Shown: positions 58,744 through 64,000 of the stretch, piece by piece
How the letters are laid out: every line of letters begins with the position of its first letter
How positions within the stretch are numbered: the stretch's first letter is position 1
Assembly: GCA_050613775.1 (NCBI GenBank)
Contig: JBODTK010000133.1
Location: 124,001-188,000 of the forward strand
DNA from: Neocallimastix sp. 'constans'
Taxonomy: Eukaryota
Reading direction: 5' to 3'
Length of the DNA: 64,000 nt
Made by a program: the position numbers and the translations under genes
The notes under the pieces: generated by a model
Seen by the model: only the letters and a program-made list of their open reading frames with translations
The model's database searches: none
Told to the model about the DNA's origin: nothing

Positions 58744-58930
58744 GTAATAATAAAAATCAGTATAAATATTGGGCTATCATTCAAATAAGTATGTTGATGT
58801 TCTTTTAATATATATTTTTACCTCCATCGCTAAAATCTCTTGAGAAATTTCTTTTAGGTCTTGATAAAGGTACATCATCAATCCAATTAAATATATCTCT
58901 AAGTTGATTATTTGATAGTTTTTTACTCAT
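56199..58930 (-). CDS. SPEF1: SPEF1/CLAMP-like flagellar microtubule-binding protein; exons 58930-58822, 58528-58418, 58205-58096, 57864-57720, 57477-56674, 56547-56411, 56300-56199
   Basis: Spliced CH domain IFNWIDDVPLSRPKRNFSRDFSDGVATAEVIKFYYPKLIDLHNYSPANSKEHKFYNWETLNNKVF...VNCVPGKIE, and C-terminal coiled coil EKDKLIKDLQETVDILQLKTVKLEQLLILKDKRIEEL. All introns are GT-AG and in phase. Confidence 0.93.
58670..58745. repeat. (AAT)n microsatellite in SPEF1 intron 1; a compound (AAC)n(AAT)n also lies at about 57606-57690
   Basis: Direct reading. Confidence 0.9.
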
Positions 58931-59167
58931 ATTTTATATTACCAAAATTTCCTAATTTTATATTTTATTTATTTTATTTTATTTTATTTTATGTTATTTC
59001 TATTTCTGGTTAATTTTATAATTAAAAAAAATTTCCTTTTTTAAAAAATTGAATTGAAATTTTTAATATTAAACTATTTTATTTTTATTTGTTTTTAATG
59101 TAAAATACATTAAAAAAAAATAGCAATTAATTAATCTGCAAAACTAAAAAAATATTAATTTAATATT

Positions 59168-59202
<35 letters not shown>

Positions 59203-60295
59203 TTATTATTTTTTTTTAAAAAAAAAAAAAAAAACTCTTTTCCGATAATAATTGTACCTTTTTATTAATATCAGTATTATTAGTATTACTATATTTTTTA
59301 TTTATTTATATATTTTTTTAATATATATATATTTTTTAATTATATATTATATATATTATATATGTATATAATTTATTATTATTTTAATATAAAGGAAATA
59401 TTACTGTATTCTTAAATAGAGATTTTAATTTTTTTTTTTTTTTTCATTTGCATTAACATTTATAATAAGATAAGATTAATAATAATATATATATTATTCA
59501 AATATTCATTACAATATTCAATTAAAAAAAAAAAAAAGATATTTATGTATAAATGTATATATATATATATATATATATATTTGTATGTGTGTGTTATTCT
59601 TTCCTCTTTATAGATTGTTCTTTTTCCTTTTTTCCTTTTTTTTTTTTTATATAGAAAAAAATAATAATTATTATAATCATTTAATAATATTCATAATAAA
59701 ATTATTTATGTTTATAAAATTTTAAACTTTATTTTAAAACCTTATTAAAATAAATTAAAAATAATTAATAATAATTAAAAATAATTAATAAAAATTAAAA
59801 ATAATAATAATAATAGATTAATATTAATTATTAATAAAATATTACTATAAATTCCTAGTTCTCTCTTTTAATACTACGAATTATTAACTACCATCATAGC
59901 TTTATATATCTTAAAATTTATGAAGTAATATTTCTTTTCAATAAAGGGATACGGGAACCTTCTAGTACTATAATAGAGTACTTTAATTACTTAATAATAA
60001 CAATTTTTTTTAATAAATTTAATTATATAATTATCTTTTTTTATTTATTAATATTAATATTATATTTTATTTTATTATTTAATAATTCATCTTTTATTAA
60101 AAATTACATTAATAATACAATAATTAGAATTATTATAATAATTTCATTTTTAAGTATGATTCATCTTATGTAATATGTAATATATATATATATTTATATT
60201 ATAAAAATATTATTAAATTTTTTGGTTAAAGTATATTTTCATTTCAATTTTTATCTTAAATTATTTAATTATTAAATATTATAATTTCTAAATTT

Positions 60296-60858
60296 TCAAA
60301 TTTGGAAATTTTTAGATTTTAAATCTTTTAATTTTTGCTCATCTAATTTAATTGCCGTTCTTGGTCTAACAAAAATTTGATAATGACAAACTCCTTTAAC
60401 ACTCTTTTTATCAGGGGTATTTGAAAAATAGATGACTTCAGATTCTGGGAATTTTTCATGAACAATTTTTCCAGCATGTTCTCTTGTAAATTCTTCTGAT
60501 GTCCATAATACAAAATGTTCAATGTTTGGTTCAAGCCAATATGGGAAATCATTTCTTCTTATAACATAGTAGACATCTTCAGATTCAAAATTTAGATTAT
60601 CTGTTTTACTTTTTGGTTTATCTGCTGTTTTTATACCTTTTTCATCAACAATTGCAGAATATCCCATTACATTAATTTTAATAAAATCTTTTTTTTTTTT
60701 CATTCATAAATATGTATATATGTAAATATATATATATATATTAACATTCTTATCTTTTAAATTAATATATTACATTAATAGTTTAACATTCCTATATTAA
60801 AAGTTAAATTAAAATTTCAAATCTCTTATCTGATTTATCTAAAATACAAAAAGAATAA

Positions 60859-60889
<31 letters not shown>

Positions 60890-61356
60890 AAAAATCTATA
60901 TATATATTTACCATTAATTGAAGTATATCTTGATTTTAAAGCTTTCATCCAATTTAAATAGGCTGCATCATCTGCAGGTGTTCGAACCATTATATCAACA
61001 GAATCTTTTTCTAGAATATATTTCATTTCTTCCCAATGAAATGGTCTAGCCATTTTAACCTTTTTACTTTTAATGAGTTCAATTTTTTCTTCACTATCTA
61101 TAATGGTTTCTTTTGGAAAGACTTTTGGTATACTAGATGACATATAACATTTAAAATTGGTGAAATTGGTAGAACAATTAGAAAGATTTTGGACTGAAAA
61201 ATTATTTGGTGGACATTTTAAAAATAAATAGGAATTGTTTTTAAAATTTGACGATGAGTGAATATTTTTAAGATTTAATCTTTGTATGTTATTTATAAGA
61301 ATTTTTGAAGCTGGTTTAACAGCTTTAATACTATTATTTCTTATTACATTTAACAT
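60296..61356 (-). CDS. DUF3605-family (HIT-like) protein with N-terminal presequence; exons 61356-60912 and 60687-60296
   Basis: FHWEEMKYI, VIRRNDFPYWLEPNIEHFVLW and YFSNTPDKKSVKGVCHYQIFVR. The phase-1 GT-AG intron joins N-D-FIK. Confidence 0.8.
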
Positions 61357-61362
61357 TTTATT

Positions 61363-61404
<42 letters not shown>

Positions 61405-61989
61405 TTTTAATATATATATAAATTGAAAATATAAATATTATTTTTCTTTTTTAAATTTGTTTTTTTTTTTCAAAGAATTTCTTTAATTCTTTTAATGTTA
61501 TAATTATTGTATTTTTGATATTAAATTATTTTAAATAATTATATATATATATAAAATTTTGATATATTAAATTAGTATTTATTTCGATTTTTATTTTATT
61601 TTATTTTTTTTTTTAAGAAAAAAAAGAAAGCATTAATTTAAAAATAAAATTTGATAATTATTTATAAATATTATATAATTATCTTTAAATATTATATATT
61701 TTTAAATATTACAATTTATGAATATATATATATATATACAATTTTTTTTTTAATATTGATATTTAATTATTTCAAATAATATAAATTATTCTATTTAAAA
61801 AAAAGTAAAAATTTTTTTTTTATATAAAATTTATTAATTGTTATCATAAAAAATGTTTTTTAAATATTGATTAAAATTAATAAAAAATAACTAATATTAT
61901 TCATTTAATTATACATTCATTTAATTATTTATTATTTAAATTTAAGTAAAATATTTTTCATATGAAAGTCGTTTTTTTTTATCAATTTT

Positions 61990-62350
61990 TGTTTATTTAA
62001 ATATATTATGATTTCACGTGATTATAAATAAATTTAAGAGATATTCACATATACATAAAAGTATAAGAATTTTTATAAAATTTATTTTTACATAAGTATT
62101 TTTTATTTATAATATTTGATTATTAAACTAGATTATTAAATTTTATTCATTAATATTAATATATACTTTAACACTCCACCCTCAAATCAGTTTTCATTAG
62201 TAATGAAAATTTGATTTGCAAAGGCAGTTATTTTAGTTCCGTTAATGCATTTCGCTAATGCATCAGCTAGCATATTTTCTGAATTAATTGATTTTAATTT
62301 AATTAAAAATTTTCTTAATATTTTCTTTATTTAAAATGATATTTAATTAG
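61990..62350 (-). mobile_element. Ty1/copia relic: RNase H C-terminus, polypurine tract and probable 3' LTR start
   Basis: Minus strand IKYHF..KENI..IKLKSINSENMLADALAKCINGTK (ADxLTK-type), then GAGGGTGGAG (62183-62174) directly followed by TGTT. A possible LTR end AACA lies at about 61990. Confidence 0.72.
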
Positions 62351-62610
62351 ATTCTTTATTTATTTTGTTCTTTTGGTCATCTTTTTTGATATTGCATAAT
62401 AAAATTAGCTTCTTCTCATGGCTATTTAGTTAGGTCATTTAGGAAATACCTAACTCTTTTTCTTTACCTCCTAAACCAGTCTTTCAGTTCTCCATATTTT
62501 TAAATATTCTTAAAAATTATCTTAATAGCGGAAGGAATTTCATTTTCCTTGTTAAGCTTTTTATCATTTTTAATTTATTTATCCACTGAGTCATATCATT
62601 AGCATCATGT

Positions 62611-62646
<36 letters not shown>

Positions 62647-62667
62647 TGGCCATTGTTTCTGATGGAT

Positions 62668-62716
<49 letters not shown>

Positions 62717-63277
62717 GGCCATTGTTTCTGATGGTAATTATAGAACAATAATATTATTTATGAATTTTAATGATATATCATAACTTTACTATTATTTATT
62801 TATTTTGTCTTGTCTAATTTTTTTTTACTTCATCACTTTGTTCAAGTATTCTTAATTCAGCCAAAATGTCCTTTTCTATGTATTCACTTAGGCCTTCCTC
62901 ACTAACAGAATCAATTATATTATCACACCATACAATAATTTGTTTCATCTAATATAGCTTTCTTTTTTTTAAGGGAAATATTATCACTCATTTTATTAAA
63001 TTTTAATATAAAATTAATAAAATTGATATCATAAAAATTTTATATATGTATTTTATAAGAAATGTATTCTATTGATTTATCAATATTTTATGAAGAGACT
63101 CTTAATCTGTTTAAGAGCCATGAATTTAGGATTTTATAATTATGTCAACTTTGATATTTATATGATAAAGAATAAACTAGCATTTAAATCATTCTTAAAT
63201 TACATGCTTTTATGTTCATATATTGTGGCTTATATATTAATTATATTACATATTACATTTTAATACATTAAACTCAT

Positions 63278-63340
63278 CCCCTATAACATCATATTTACCT
63301 ATTATAACATCATATTTACATATTATAACATCATATTACA
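63278..63340. repeat. Three tandem copies of a roughly 21-nt unit (TATAACATCATATTTAC...)
   Basis: Direct reading. Confidence 0.8.
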
Positions 63341-64000
63341 ATATATATATATTGATTATTATTATTATTATTAAATTTTGATAATTTTTTTTTTTTTTTA
63401 AAATGCATCCTGTATCCAAAAATAAAAAAAAATAAAAAATAAAATAAAATAAAATAAACTATAAAATTAAAATTATACAGAAATTTTTATATTAAAAATT
63501 CAATAAAATTAATTAAATAAATAATTATTTATATGGAAATATTTATTTATTATTCATTATATTCATTTGTTTTAATTATATATATTATTTAGATAAATAT
63601 TATTTATTCATTTAATATGAACACATAAATAATATAGATTTAGATAGAATCAATTTATTTCTACCGCAAAAAAAAATTTTTAAAGATTTTTATAAAAATA
63701 ATTTATTGATGTATATATTAGAATATATTATAATATGAATCAATTTATTTAATCATTAAAGAAAAAATAAACAATTCAATAATAATAAATATAATGATTA
63801 ATTAAATTCACAAATGTATTACAAAGAAATACGTAATTTATAATGTATTAAGTGGATGTATCAAATAATTTAATTTTTTTTTATTTTAACTTATTATTTA
63901 AATTTTAAATTTTAATTTTTAATTTTTAATTTTATTGCCTTAAACATTTTAAAATTAAAATTTAAATTATTATACCGAGAATTCAATTTTCTTATATAAT

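Noticed and set aside
51958..58930. Hv1-like gene plus SPEF1 as a zoospore-motility gene cluster
   Set aside because: Only adjacency (convergent, with transposon debris between them). The sequence shows no co-regulation evidence.
62616..62736. Duplicated poly(T)+TGGCCATTGTTTCTGATGG as a CRISPR-like or functional repeat
   Set aside because: Only two copies separated by a homopolymer. A local duplication or assembly artefact is more likely in this eukaryotic context.

Overview
Extremely AT-rich eukaryotic genomic DNA with spliceosomal introns, long poly(A)/poly(T) runs and TTATTTA-type satellites. It most likely comes from an anaerobic gut fungus (Neocallimastigomycota). This is inferred from the base composition, a presequence-bearing pyruvate formate-lyase activating enzyme and a flagellar SPEF1 gene. 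I reconstructed nine protein-coding genes by hand across introns: a HAD-IIA hydrolase (partial, -), an intronless DExH RNA helicase with a degenerate R3H domain (+), a radical-SAM PFL-activating enzyme (+), an NAD kinase (+), Vps1 dynamin (-), ataxin-2/Pbp1 (+), an intronless Hv1-like voltage-sensor-only protein (+), SPEF1/CLAMP (-, mostly invisible in the ORF track) and a DUF3605/HIT-like protein (-). Intergenic DNA holds decayed LINE copies with a shared 3' end, a Mutator-like transposase relic, a copia RNase H/PPT relic and several small GC-rich hairpin elements. The most notable items are a clean AT-AC U12-type (minor spliceosome) intron in the ataxin-2 gene and an Hv1-like protein whose S4 helix has lost two of three gating arginines. 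Family assignments come from motif recognition only, and no database search was run.
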